A stretch of 60,511 nt of DNA, counting the filler, from Streblomastix strix (taxonomy: Eukaryota), in the NCBI GenBank assembly GCA_008636045.1. It is 3 parts of 3 records of this genome, joined end to end, with 100 filler letters (N's around TTAATTAATTAA, not from the genome) between each part and the next. Parts side by side here need not be neighbours in the genome. Positions count along the whole stretch, not along the records: positions 1 to 20,124 come from SNRW01000456.1; 2 more parts are not named here. One strand, 5' to 3'. Of the stretch, positions 1 to 15,218 are shown one piece after another. Numbering within the stretch: position 1 is the stretch's first letter; every line of letters starts with the position of its first letter. The notes under the pieces were generated by a model that was given only the letters and a program-made list of their open reading frames with translations, had not been told where the DNA came from and did not search any database. Made by a program: the position numbers and the translations under genes.

Positions 1-744
1 ATATAATATTTAAATATAGAATACATAATATATCATTATTTGTTCATTTGTAACTAACCTCAATTAGTTACTTTCTAACTTCATTCTTCTTCTCAAGGAT
101 CTTCTTTTTCGTCTGAAGTTTTAAAAATGATAAAATAAAACAAATTAAATAATTATAATTTGTAAATGTCAAACATCACTGAGTTCTTTCTTCAGATCTT
201 AGATTCTATCAAGCATAACATCTGCACGATGGAAATTAAGTGTGTCACTCTTTTATGCTCTTGCTCTTTCTTCTTGAGCAAGTTTTATATCGTGAAGAAT
301 TACACTCTCATCTCGACATCCAACATCAGCAGCTGTAACATTATCCACTAATTTCTACAACTAATTTTGTTGGAATGTGTGAATTCTGGCGTCTTGTCTT
401 GTTTTTATGTTTTGCCAATCAAGATCCATTTTTTCACCTTTCTCATCAATCCAATTGTATTTTAAGGTCCATTTTATCTTTTGTGATTGATTTTTCTTCT
501 ATTCTGCTGTGGATGCACTAGACTTTAAATGAGTTATTTTCTTTTTTATGTTGATCTTTTTCTTTTTCTATGAATTTGGTCCTTCCTATTCCTCCTAAAT
601 GCTGATATCTGACAGGCTTATTTGTTCCTCATCAATAATTGAACTACTTTCTTACTCGCCTATATATTGGCGTGGTTCAACATCATCGGCATCTGTTCTT
701 TATAAAACTACAGCATCAGCTTGAATAGGGTCAAACATTGTCAT
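1..744 (-). CDS. Hypothetical acidic/coiled-coil protein, 5' part; runs off the contig end
   Basis: ATG at 744 (MTMFDPIQADAVVLQRTDADDVEPRQ...); open with TAR=Gln through ...MLDRIQDLKKELSD, then a GT-AG intron (~113-174), a short exon TKKKILEKKNEVRKQLIE and another GT donor. Confidence 0.7.
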
Positions 745-1256
745 TAGAATAAATTAAGATCTTTAGAATAAATAATGAAAATATAAAATAATACTTTCAC
801 TAATATTTGATTTATAATTGGTGGTTAAAAAGTAATTAAACATTCATTTATCGTGCACAAAATAATTGAGTAATAATTAAGAATATCACAAATAATAAGT
901 TAATTTAAAAATGCAATAGTAATTAATTATATAATCAAATAAATATGAATGGTTATAGTTCGGATTTGGTAAGCAATTTTTCAGTAATGTTCGTTTTTAT
1001 AGTTAGTTTACCAAGAAAAACCATTTAATGAAATATAAGATGATGTTGAATATATAATAAATCAATGTTTTGATACAATTTTAGCAAATGACCAATTTTA
1101 AGAATAGTAACAGAATAAAACATTTTCACAAATAGAAACTTGAAATTGCTCGTCGTGTACCGAATTAATAAAGATATGTGAAAATCATTTGTTGTATTAT
1201 ATTTAAAACATGAAAATCTTAATAATTTGCAATTCATGCTATATATCATATTTTTA

Positions 1257-3342
<2,086 letters not shown>

Positions 3343-3646
3343 TTTGCTAAAAGTATAATTAATAAATGGTAATATAATTACAATATAAAATAATGAAACT
3401 TAATTATTTGAGCTATATCGAGAAAAAATCAAGAATTAATTAGTTTGGAATAATTTTCAGCTCAAAAATCAAATTTTGATTTGTTCTTTATAAAATGATT
3501 ATATTGTAATATAATTACTTTGGTAATGCCATCAAATAAAAGTTATATACTTCAGATATGACTAAAATCAAGTGATAAAATCTAAATTTCGCCGAGGACA
3601 TTAATTAATTCAGAATTTCATTTTATTATTAACAAAAGAAAAACAC

Positions 3647-6600
3647 TCAGTTTCCATGCTTTTTTGCTCTCAGTTAGCCAGCAGGAGGCGGTGCTGCTCT
3701 TCCTCGACCTCTTCCTCTTTGAGCTGGAAGTTATGCCTTTTGTACGCGGTTTCTTGTATCTCCTTTACTGCTAACTGATCTAGAATCAGTGTCAGATGAA
3801 GTGCGTGTGATGGATGATGTTGACTCAGTTGATGTATCTGCAGTTGTAGATTCAGATGTGCTGTTTGATGATTTTGATTCATTATCACTATTTTCTTCCG
3901 TATCATCATTTCCATCTGATCTAGAAGCACTGCTATCTCCTTCACTCTGCTATTATCTAGGTGATGCACTGTGTCTACCACTATTATAGTCAGTACCATA
4001 TTATCCACTTCCACTGTAACTACTACTGGCTGAATCAGGTCTTGGAGAATCATTCACATCTCCATCTGTCCTACTTATGGTATATTATTTATTCTTCCCT
4101 TTATTCTTCTTATTCTTCTTATTATCAGTCTTATGTGTTTTGATTTATTACTTAAGTTGATATTTATCTTTTCTATTATCTTTCACAATCTCTTTTTCCT
4201 CTGAATCTGAATCTTAATCTTCATATTATTTTCTATTCTTATTTTTGTATTTTCCTTTTGATGTTATGTTTTCTTTTGGTCTTTAATCCAAAATCTTATC
4301 AGCCGACTTCTTCTCTTTTTCTTTTTCTTTTTCTTTTGTCTTTATATTCTTCCCTTTAATCTGCTTCTTCTTATTTGAATCAACAACATCTTCTTAGCTT
4401 TTAGTTAGTTTCTATCTTCCACTTCCTTTCTAATTATCATTTTATCTTTCAAAAGTATTCTATTTATCATTTCCTTTTCTTTTCATCTTTTTTATATCTT
4501 TCTTAACTACGTCTCTTTCATCTTCATTAATAAACTTCTTTCCCTTCTTTTTATTTAATTTCTATTATCTTATTTCTAATCCTTTCTATTTACTATTTTT
4601 AAATCCTTCTTTATCATCAGAATCTTCATCTTCATCTTCATCATCTGAATCACTGTATCCAATCTTCATTTTATTATCTTAATCATCATCCCTATCTTTT
4701 GATCTAGTAAATGATCTTACTGAAGTGATTAAGTCAATATCATTATGTGAGGATGAATCTGATTATGGAGAATGACTTATTTATCCTTTCCTTTCATTAT
4801 CTTATTCTTTCTCATCTTCATTATTTTATTCATCTTTATCTTCTTATTCATCTTCATCATCTTCATCACTGCTCTCATCAATATCTTTTGTTTATTATCC
4901 TTTTTTAATATAATAATCTGAATTAATCTCAAGATCTGAATCATTCATTGTTTTACTATCTTTATTATCAATTACATTCCTTCTTTCCTTCTTTCCCTTA
5001 TATTATTCATTATCACTAATCTAACTATCATCTTAACTATCTTCATATTAACTATCGACTTCATCTTCATCACCATCATCATCATCATTATATACATCCT
5101 TAATTTATTAGTTCTTATTCTTATGTGGATAATAATTATCATATTCTGTATTATGATATTTCTTAGATTATTTTGGTTTTAATTCTTTATTGTTTCTTTT
5201 TCTTTCATCTTTTTCTTTCCCAATTTATTATTAGTTTTATTTCTCTTTTAATTTCCTCTTATCTTAAATATCTTTTTCCTTTTCATTTTTTCTTCTATTA
5301 GCTTTATCATTCTATGATTGACTACCAATTGATCCTTTTGCACTGTTAGAAATACTATTATTACTCTTCTTCACTTCATCCTTGCTCTTATCATTATCTA
5401 TTTCTTATTATTTCACTTTAATGATTTCATTATCTTTTAGTTTGTCTTTCAATGGACCTCCATTCTTCTTCTATTACTCTTATCTTGGTGTGATATTTAA
5501 CTTTTTCTCTGTATTAATAATATTTGAATCAATTTTCTTATTTTTATTTGCAATCTATTGAACATTCTTTGAAGGAAGTGAGTGTTGTAATATTCCTTAT
5601 TATGTCTGAACTTGTATTTATTATTAACTGTTAGTATTGTTATTATTGATTAATGAAGATTGATTATATATTTATGGGTGCACTGGAGGAGGAGCTGCCC
5701 TTCCACTTTCTATTTCAAGATCATTAATGATTCCATTATTATCCAAATTAGATTAAATATTGGTATTCTAATTATTATTAATATTCTTCCATGATTTGGA
5801 TCTGCCTTCTGATTTCACACTTTTATCTTCTTCTCTCTCTAATTTAATACCATCTATATTCATGTTTATACTCTTATTCTTATCTATGATCTTTTATTAT
5901 TGTTATTATTATTATTACTATTATTATTACTATTATTATTGTTATTATTATTATTATTAACCTTTAGAGCTTTTATCAGATTTAATTGATACCTCAGACA
6001 TTACAGATCTTTAAGTATCTTTATCCTTATCTTTATCCTTATCCTTGTTTGATTCTTTTTCTTTATTAATATTTTCTTTCTCGATTGTATTTGGCTAATT
6101 TTATTCCTTTTCACTTAATTTCTCAGCTAAAGTCTAAATGTTACTATTTCTCCCCTCAACCAGAAACATAATCTTCCTTTCAAGGTCGCCTTCTCTTTCT
6201 TTTAATTCATTCATTTCCTGTTCCCTTTCTTTTTCTCTTTCTTTCATTTCATTATTCTCTGAGGAAACCAAATTAAGTTTCTCATTCAATTTCTCATTTT
6301 CCCGAACTTTCTTTCTTGCCCTTTCTTTCTATTACTGAGCTTCTCCAACTAATTTGGCTTCTTATTATCTGCATTTCTCAAGTTACTGTTCTCTTTCTCT
6401 CATTGCTTCTTTCAATTTAAGTGATTCACGCTCCCTTCTTCTTTCTTTCTCTTTCATCCTCTCTATTTCTATTCCTTATAATCTATCATGCTCTTTTAAT
6501 TCATTATATTCAGATTCAACGGTTTTGATCCTTTCTTTCATTTTGGATGATTCTTTTTCTCTTCTTCTTTCTTTCTCTTTCAAAATACCCAATTCTCTCT

Positions 6601-7644
6601 TTAATGCATTTTAATCATCAATTTATTGTTATTATCCGTCTTTATGAATTGTTTCTTATTATTATTCTTAACTTTATTCTGTTATATTCATATCAATACC
6701 TTCTTTCAATTATTACTCATCTTTTGTTTCATTTTCATCCATTTCTTTTCCTTAATCTTTTTCAGCTGCTTTTATCAGAGAAAAAGATGTTAGTAACTAA
6801 ATGATTTATTAGGCTTTATTCTAAAGTACTGGTTAAATAGATTATGATTCAGGTTAATTAATTGTACTAATTTATTATAATGCAGATACTAATGGTTGAT
6901 AATTAATATTACTCATTCATTCAATTAATTGACTTTGATATTTTTATTATGAAGTGGATTACTAACTAGTTTATTTCTGTTATTTAATGTTAAGAATAAT
7001 TATGAAAATAGCATCTAATATTTCTTCAATGTGGACATATTATTTATTCTCTTATTGTTTATTTTACTCATTTTGAATAGAAGAAACTATCGCTATAAGT
7101 AATTTGGAAATTGAATTGAAAAAGTTTTGATTGAAAATGGATGTGAATATGGAATTATTCTAAAGCGCATTCTCTGAAACTTCAAATAATGAAAATAAAG
7201 CCAATGAAATGGATATGGAAGTATATGATTATGATATAGTCTGCAAATAATAATAAAATATTATAAAATATAATTAATTTAAATTTCATATTCAAAACCT
7301 TAATTTAATGAAGAAGTGGCATCAATAAATGTTGTTAGCAATACAGTGATTCTTATCGTAAATGTAAAAAATTTTAATAGTCTTCAAACGAATTGATTGA
7401 ATTCTGAGAAAGATAGAGAGAAAATTAAATATTTGTTATTTAAAATAAAGTAATAATTAAATACTAATACGTTAATATTATCTTATTCACCATCTCGTTT
7501 ATCTTATCCTTTTTAATTCATTTGTTGATTATCAGTACTTTATACATCAATTTCATCATGCTTTTCTTGTTCATCATCGGGTTATTCAATTTATTTTGCA
7601 ATTAAATTATTTGTTTAATCTAGTATGATATCTTTTTTTGACAT
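3647..7644 (-). CDS. Large low-complexity protein (E/K/R coiled coil; D/E-, S- and Q-rich tail), function unknown
   Basis: ATG 7644, two GT-AG introns near 7241-7299 and 7404-7471, then a long TAR=Gln frame ending ...RGRGRGRAAPPPAGQLRAKKHGN-TGA. Confidence 0.75.
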
Positions 7645-7929
7645 TATTACGAGAAAATCGTTATGTCTCGCTTAGAATTCTAAAAGGAAAGTGAAAAAAA
7701 ATGAAAAACAATCCCTTTCACTAAACATTAGTATAATGTAAGTTTTATCGTAAAAAATACTTAAAGTAAATTATTAGTAAAATAATTAGTTTCAATTTGT
7801 CGCTATACTCAAAATATCCGAGAAATTCGCGATTTAGAAACAGAAATAATTTTTGTAAGCAAATCAAAGAGCGTTGAAAATAATTTAGACATTCAATAAT
7901 CTTGAAATATTAAATTAATATCTTAGAAC

Positions 7930-10040
7930 ATGATTGGTTGATGAACAACCCCCAAATAGTCGAATACAGAAAAATTATCTTATTGATGTACCATATTTAA
8001 CTATTTGTTGCATATTTATTTAAAAATATTTGTTTATTACAATTTCACCAATTTTTAATTATTCTCTTGCCAAACTACTAAAATTATTATTTTTTTTTTA
8101 ATTTTGAAATTACACAATTTTCTTAATTTCATTTATTATACAAATAATATTTATTGGTTTTAGACACAAGATTAGCATTATATTTACAATAATATATGTA
8201 GTAATCAGATGATACAGTAAGAAGAATAGCAGCCGAACTTTTGAATGTATTTCGCATGATTACTGATTTTGCTGAGTGGTATTTTCGCTCAGTTCATCCA
8301 GGAAATGTACTATCTGCATGCGCTGTTTAAGCCGGCGCCTTTGATGAAAGTGAAGAATATGATTAAAGAGATTTGAGAAATCCACCCAGTTTTGGGAGAG
8401 GCACACCAAATAATATGCTTGAGACCAATTTGAGCCCATATAAACTCTCACGTCATCGTAATACAACTGTTATTATATCTGATCCAGACTCTAGTGAATC
8501 GATTAGAGATGGAGGTGGTAGAAATATATAAACACTTGTGAATGAACCTCTTTATAAAATGAAGGCAGAACTTTCTCATTGGGCATCTCGTGTGAATGCA
8601 ATGACTATCAATATAAATAAAGAATAATAAATGATATAAGTAATGAATGGAACAAGATCTGGGTATTAATCCACATCAAGATCTTCTATTATACATCCTT
8701 CCAATTCATTACTTTAATAAACATTTTAATCTTCAACAAGTCCTGCTGTTTCTGAATTATAAAGAAGTGTAGGAATAATGCAAGGTCTATTAGCTGTATT
8801 ATTTGATGATATTCAAGAGACAGAGAGAATGGGATCAGAAAGATTTGATAATGTATCCAGATATTTAGCCAATGAATAAAAGCTCAGAGTATAATAAGGA
8901 TAATTACATGGAGATATGATGGATGCAATATAATAATAACTTAATGAAGCTGAAGATCGTGAAAAGATAAGACGTAAATCTGATACTGAGAGAATATAGC
9001 TTAATAGTGATACTATTATTAGATTAAGAGAAGATATATAACATCTGGAAGACACATCTAAGACTTTGAGAGAAGAAGGGGATGTTAATAAAGAAAAATT
9101 AGATGCAAAGGAAATTGAATATTAAACTATATAAGAAGAGAATCAAAAACTTGCTGTTGAAATATCCTTGAAAATGTAAGAAAAAGAGCAACTTCTTCTT
9201 CGAGTGAAAGAATTTGGAGATCGAGCAGAAATAAAAGAAAATGAGACAAGACAGATGGCCAAAGAATTGACACAAGAACATGAGCTCAGAATCAGATCAG
9301 AAGAGAAAGCATAGAAGTTGGAAGAAGAGAGAATTGAGAGAGATAGAGAAAGAATTGAATTGAAGAATGCTCTGTAATCTGCTGAACGTGAATTAATGGA
9401 ACTGAGACCATTACGTGGGAAGGATATTGAATTAGCAGAAGAGAAGAAGGCTCGTGAAGCTGCAGATAGAACAATTGATGTTATTAGAAGAGATAAAGAC
9501 AGACTTGAAATGAGAGTAACATAACTCACACGTTCTGTTGATGAGAGATAAGCATAACTTGAATAAACAAGTAAAGAATGTACAGCATTTAAAGAAAGAC
9601 TATTTCACAATGAACTCTAACTGAAGAAGAAGGAGAGAACTGCATAAGATGCTAGATCAAGGGCAGAAGAACTTGAACATGAATTATCAACTTGTGAAGA
9701 AAAGCGTCGTACTGCTGAGTATAATGTTGAAGTTGAATCAAATAGAGCTGAACTTATGGCTCGTGTACTCGCTAGTAGAGACACTAAAATAGGTGAACTA
9801 GAGGGAGCAGTTGGAGTATTTGAACGTGAGAAAATAGATGCAACTAATAGAGCATGGCAGGCTGAGCGTGATGCTGCTGCACTTCGAACAGAGGTATAAG
9901 CACTTCAATCTCGATTAACAAACACTGGTTTGTTTGGCAACTCGCCATCTAAATGGTCTCGTGGAGGAAAAAGCTAAGTAATACAAGAAAGTGATGAGAG
10001 CAGCAGTGACGAAGAAACTAGCGGGAGTGAAGAAAATTGA
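7930..10040 (+). CDS. Long coiled-coil protein; 5' exon structure uncertain
   Basis: Main exon from the AG acceptor at ~8163 (TRLALYLQQYMQQSDDTVRRIAAELLNVFRMITDFAEWYF...) is E/R/K-rich and ends EETSGSEEN-TGA at 10038-10040; the start could not be fixed. Confidence 0.7.
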
Positions 10041-10440
10041 GTAAAATGATATAATTTCACTTTTCTTTTCACTTCATTTTATTTGCACTTTAAGTTTCAT
10101 TATTCAAATGCAATCTTTCAATTATACTATACAAATGATAATTTAAATTTGATATAAAATAATATTTGTCATTTTTATCAACTATTGTACTATCCGTGTC
10201 GTAAACTCAAACGAAACATAAAAATAAGTTTTTCCATCCATATTTTCACTCTTTGATGTAAATAATACTTTATAATTTAATAAATATATTAAATCTTTAT
10301 TTATTTGGCTTGTATCCATATTAGCAATTTAAACTCGAGATTTGACATATTTTTTAAAAATTTCATTAAAATGCACGTTTTCTTCTACAAATTGCGAATA
10401 ATTAACTAAAAATATGATTATTACTTTCATTATTATTAGA

Positions 10441-11232
10441 ATGCGCTGTGCTAAGTGTGGTGGGACAAAAGTTGCTCTCCGCCGTATGGCGACAAACGCA
10501 CCTTCATGCAAAGAGTGTTTTATGAGCGATTTTGAGGAGGAAGTACATGCAGAAATAGAGTAAAGCTAACTGTTCCAACCTGGGGACCGAGTTGCTGTTT
10601 GTGTATCAGGTGGAAAAGGTATGAAATAATTATATACAGTAGTTTTATTTTTGATTCTTTTAAATATACAAACTTTTTTTAGACTCTACATGCTTATTGC
10701 ATATCTTGGATACACTCAATAAAAAACATAATTATGGCATTGAACTTCATTAAGTTGCAATTGATGAAGGCATTGTTGGATATCGAGATTTCTCCCTTGA
10801 AGTATGATAACATTAATTTTCATTATTTATTTTCATTCTTAATCAACTTCAGTGTGTTAGAAAAAATGCTGATAAATATCAATTGCCGCTTCATTTATTT
10901 TCTTTCAAGGAAATTGTAGGCTTCACAGTTGATGAAATAGCTAAAATCCTTGGAGAAAAGAAGAGTAAATGTATTTTAATTCTCTTAACTTCAAATTCAT
11001 TTAAACATAAACTTTCTCAGGTACTCACTGTGGAATATTTAGAAGGAAAGCGATGGATATTGGATGTCAATAAATTGGTGCAAATAAAGTATTTATATTA
11101 TTTCTTCTGAATGAAATTACAATTTATTCATTTTTGATGATATTATCAGATGGCTCTTGGTCATAATGCAGATGATTTTGCAGAGACAGTGTTGATGAAT
11201 TGTATTTAAATATTATAATAACTTTTAAATGC

Positions 11233-11275
<43 letters not shown>

Positions 11276-12195
11276 TTATTCATTCGCACTTATTAATTTT
11301 TTATTTTTAGTGCTTCGTGGTGATGTTAATAGACTTGAACGTGCAACAGTAGTTAAAACAGGTGGGTCATTACCAGATGATGTGTTATAAAAACTTACAA
11401 CATAATATTAAGAATGGAATTAATAAACCAATTCTTCTTCATCTTCATCTTCTTCATCATCTTAATCATAATCTTCTTCTTCATCTTCATCTTCTTCATC
11501 ATCTTAATCATAATCTTCTTCTTCATCTTCATCTTCTTAATCATCAAGTTCGAGTATTCCTGAATTAGGAGGAAATTCACTTCCTGGTCTTTCATGCAAA
11601 GTAAAACCTTTCAAACATTGCTTCCAAAGAGAGATTGTTCTTTATGCTCACTTTCGAAATTTGCTTTTCTTTTCTGTTGAATGTTCGTATGCACCTTAGG
11701 CATTCCGTGGGTTTGCAAGAGAGTTTCTTGTTCGCATGCAGCAAATATATCCATTATCAATTCTTAGTATGTTTTTATTTGCCTTATCTTTTTACATATT
11801 ATTCTTCTTATTGAATTTATTATGTTATCTATTCATAAGATATAATTAAAACTGGTGATGGTCTTCATGTTTAAGTAAATGAAAAAGACAAACGCAATAT
11901 TTTACGTTTATGTACTCGATGTGGATTTATTTCATCTCAAGCACTTTGTTAATCGTGTTAGTTAATTGAGCAACTTATAGCAGAAAGTAAAATACAATTA
12001 ATTCTGAATGAGAAAGAAGGACCATAAATTGTATAATGTAAAGATAAGTGTTCTAAAGATATAAAAGACACTTAATCAAACGAAAAAGAAAAGGATTCTA
12101 AAGAAAACTGTCCTAAAAAGGAAGACCAAAAATTTGGAGTAAAAAAATCAGATAGAAGTAATGCAATTATTTAAAATATTGAGGATATTGTTTGA
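10441..12195 (+). CDS. CTU1: Cytoplasmic tRNA 2-thiolation protein 1 (CTU1/Ncs6)
   Basis: N-terminal CxxC...CxxC, PP-loop [11 protein letters not shown] across an intron, [52 protein letters not shown]-terminal CTRCG...CQSC; TGA at 12193-12195. Confidence 0.93.
11238..11274. repeat. (TA)n microsatellite in a CTU1 intron
   Basis: Uninterrupted TA dinucleotide run. Confidence 0.95.
11432..11545 (+). repeat. Coding tandem repeat (39-bp unit, ~3 copies) giving a Ser/Gln insertion in CTU1
   Basis: tcttcttcatcttcatcttcttcatcatcttaatcataa repeated in tandem. Confidence 0.85.
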
Positions 12196-12380
12196 TAGTC
12201 AGAAACAGATCCTTTTGAGTAATATAATATTTTGTATATTTATATTATCAAATAAGCATTTTTGATTTTAATAAACAATTAATGCCTTAAATGGAAATCA
12301 TATCTAATATGTTATCCAAACATTTTTATTGATATAGACAGAGTCAAAGTGGTTTAAATTAATATTGTGCATCAAAGAAT

Positions 12381-12611
12381 TCAAGCACCACGAAGCCTGA
12401 GATTTACATGCATTATAGCTTCCTTCTGAATGTTGTAGTCTTGCAGTGTGCGATTATTTTCAAGTTGTTTCCCAGCAAAGATCAGATATTAATGTTCAGG
12501 TATTATACCCTCTTTGTCCTGGATCTTTTTCTTCACGCTCATGATTGTGTCTTCTCTCTCGACTTCCAACGCAATTTTTCTCCCAGTCAGTGTTGTAATG
12601 TAGATTTGCAT
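12381..12611 (-). CDS. Divergent stand-alone ubiquitin-like protein, 76 aa, ending LRLRGA
   Basis: [79 protein letters not shown]; colinear with ubiquitin; Q41 is encoded by TAA. Confidence 0.9.
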
Positions 12612-13250
12612 TGAAGTCTGAAATTGAAGCTAATTTGAGTAAATTATACAAAAATAATATAAGAAACGATCAATAAGAAGTGAAAAATAAGCAAAAAATA
12701 AAAAATATGAAAAAAATTAGCCTGTTCTGTTCTGTATTGAATTAATTTTTTAATTTTAAACCCCATAACTGGGAATATTTTCCAATATTGTTTTGAAGAT
12801 TTTTTTAGCACATTCAAACTTTATTTATAAATAATAATCATTAATATATTTATTTAAGATTATTTTTCTACACTAAATATTTTTTACTCACTGGATTTGC
12901 AATTTTTTATTTTGACTTTGCTTATGTAATTAACAATTAATTCTTAAAATCAATCTTAAAATTTCTTAAATTTAATTTAAATACAATAATATAAATAGAA
13001 ATATAAACAAAATATCTGATAAAACAACAAAATCCTAAAAATATTTCATTTCCAAATTTTCCGTGTTTCTGATTATTATTTAACTTATTGCATACGTAAT
13101 ATTGAAATATTAATATGTATTGAATATAATCAAATTATATCAGAACAATTTTATGTTATAATTTGATAATTTCTATCAAAATTTTCATTATATTTTTATT
13201 ATCCAATTAAATATTTGTTTAGTAATTTATAATCTTACAAAATTGCTGAA

Positions 13251-14691
13251 ATGGAATCAAATTTAGCTGTAGAAACTATTTAAAAAGCTTGGCGATGCTA
13301 TATTGTTTGCAGAATTCTGTTTAATTATTTGTATTTCTGTTTTACTTTCGTAGGATGCTCAGCTCTTTAATTATTATAAGGAATTAATAGCATTTAATAA
13401 GAGAAGAGATCAATTCTATTTTCTTTAAAAGACTAATCGAAGTAAATTAATATTTCCTTCAAGAATACTTTTCAATATTTTAAAGCTGAAAATTGGTGAA
13501 TGTGTTACTTCAATTAGTACTTAAATACTTAATATTATTGAAGATATAGCTGAATATGGTGTTGATAATGCATATATATGGTAGATTAATTATTATTATG
13601 ATTATTTTGATTAATCTAAATTAAATATTAAAATCAAAGACTTATTAGCCAGATTAATTGAGAATGAGTATAAATTTAAAGATAATATTAATTAATATTC
13701 AGATTTTGCACTTTAACTTGTTTAAGCGTTCTCTTACATCTATAAAGAATAACAAATTTATGACGCTGAATAAGAAATATGTGGATTAGTATTGAATTAT
13801 AAAATCAAAACATTTATTCAGAATATTCAAAATTAATAAGATGAGATGTATTTAAATTGAGGAGTATGAATGTTGAAAGCACTTAAATGCCTTACAGGAG
13901 ATTGGAGTAATCTTAGATTCTTTTCAAATAGAATCAAACTTCATGAAACTCTTATTTCATTACTGCATATTAATTGTCCAAATGAATTGAATTGTTAGTT
14001 TCATATTATCATTCCTGATTCAGAAACAGTTTAAGATATATAAGGTTTTTTATTTGATATATTTGCTGATTTGTCAAGAAATTCAACTGTTAAATTATTT
14101 ATATAAGAAAATCACAATGGATTTAAGCACATTATTCCAATCATTAGAACTTCTTCAACACTTTTGATAAGATAATCATACTCAAAAAGAATTCTATCTG
14201 GATCACTTCATCTCTTATGGGCTTTCCTTTATAATGAATAAAATCTATGCTAACTATATTCTTAGACTCCAAATCTAACATAATCATTATTTTCTATGAT
14301 AAATTGGGGAAATATTCGAACTTACTCAATAATGGACAGATGTAACATTGCAATTGATTAAACTATTAGGAAATGGAGTAATTCATGTATTTATTGCTTA
14401 TTATATTTCAGCAGTGAAATGATTCTAAAATATAGAATAATAAAAATATTGATGTAAGCTGAATAAAAAGAAGAGAGTAGTGAGGTTATAAGAGATATAT
14501 TGAGGAGTGTTGGCCTTATTTTCAAACTTCTTCACAAAGGAATCATTTAAACAAACCAAGATTAGATATAAAATGATTTTTAAGAGGAAGGTGGGCTTGA
14601 AGAAATTGACTATCTCACTTTTCACACGAAAGATGATGATGTAAGATAATGGGCATATGAAATATTTTATGATTTATATTCACCAATATGA
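13251..14691 (+). pseudogene. Probable pseudogene: IQ-motif (C11orf65/MFI-like) N-terminus joined to a helical-repeat domain
   Basis: MESNLAVETIQKAWRCYI/DAQLFNYYKELIAFNKR, then a long frame ending FQEEGGLEEIDYLTFH...SPI-TGA, interrupted by in-frame TGA at 13858 and 13867. Confidence 0.6.
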
Positions 14692-15218
14692 AAATATTCC
14701 AATATTTTTTTTCAAAATCTCAATTTCTTAATTATACGTAAATTAAAAATGATTTTAATAATAAAAAATATTATATTATTTATTATTTATTCAATTTTTT
14801 ATTAAATATGTAAAATCAATCACAAACAAAAAAGTAACGAAACAAAGCTTTTTATTTATCAGGAATAATTCTCGTTCACGAAGGTATTTACTTGGCTATA
14901 TAATAGGGTTAAACACGCAACCCCAGATGTATGGTTAAACTTTTTCCTATTCTAATGATAAGGTTAAGCGTTTTGTTCCTGGACGATGCTGAAAATTTTA
15001 GGTAAAAAAGTTAAGATTCGGGCGCTACATGTAGTTATGAGCATTTTATTCTATTAAATTTTCATATACTATATATATTATATTTTTAACTGGCAATATC
15101 CAACTGTTAGATAGCCATTTACACATATTGAAAATATTTATAAATTGAAAAGCATAAATATATTGAATATTTTAACATTTAATTGTATATATCACTATTT
15201 TGTAGACTTTTTAGGAAA

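Noticed and set aside
14860..15045. Relatively GC-rich patch upstream of TatD (short minus-strand ORF or ncRNA)
   Set aside because: No recognisable protein motif, tRNA cloverleaf or convincing snoRNA boxes
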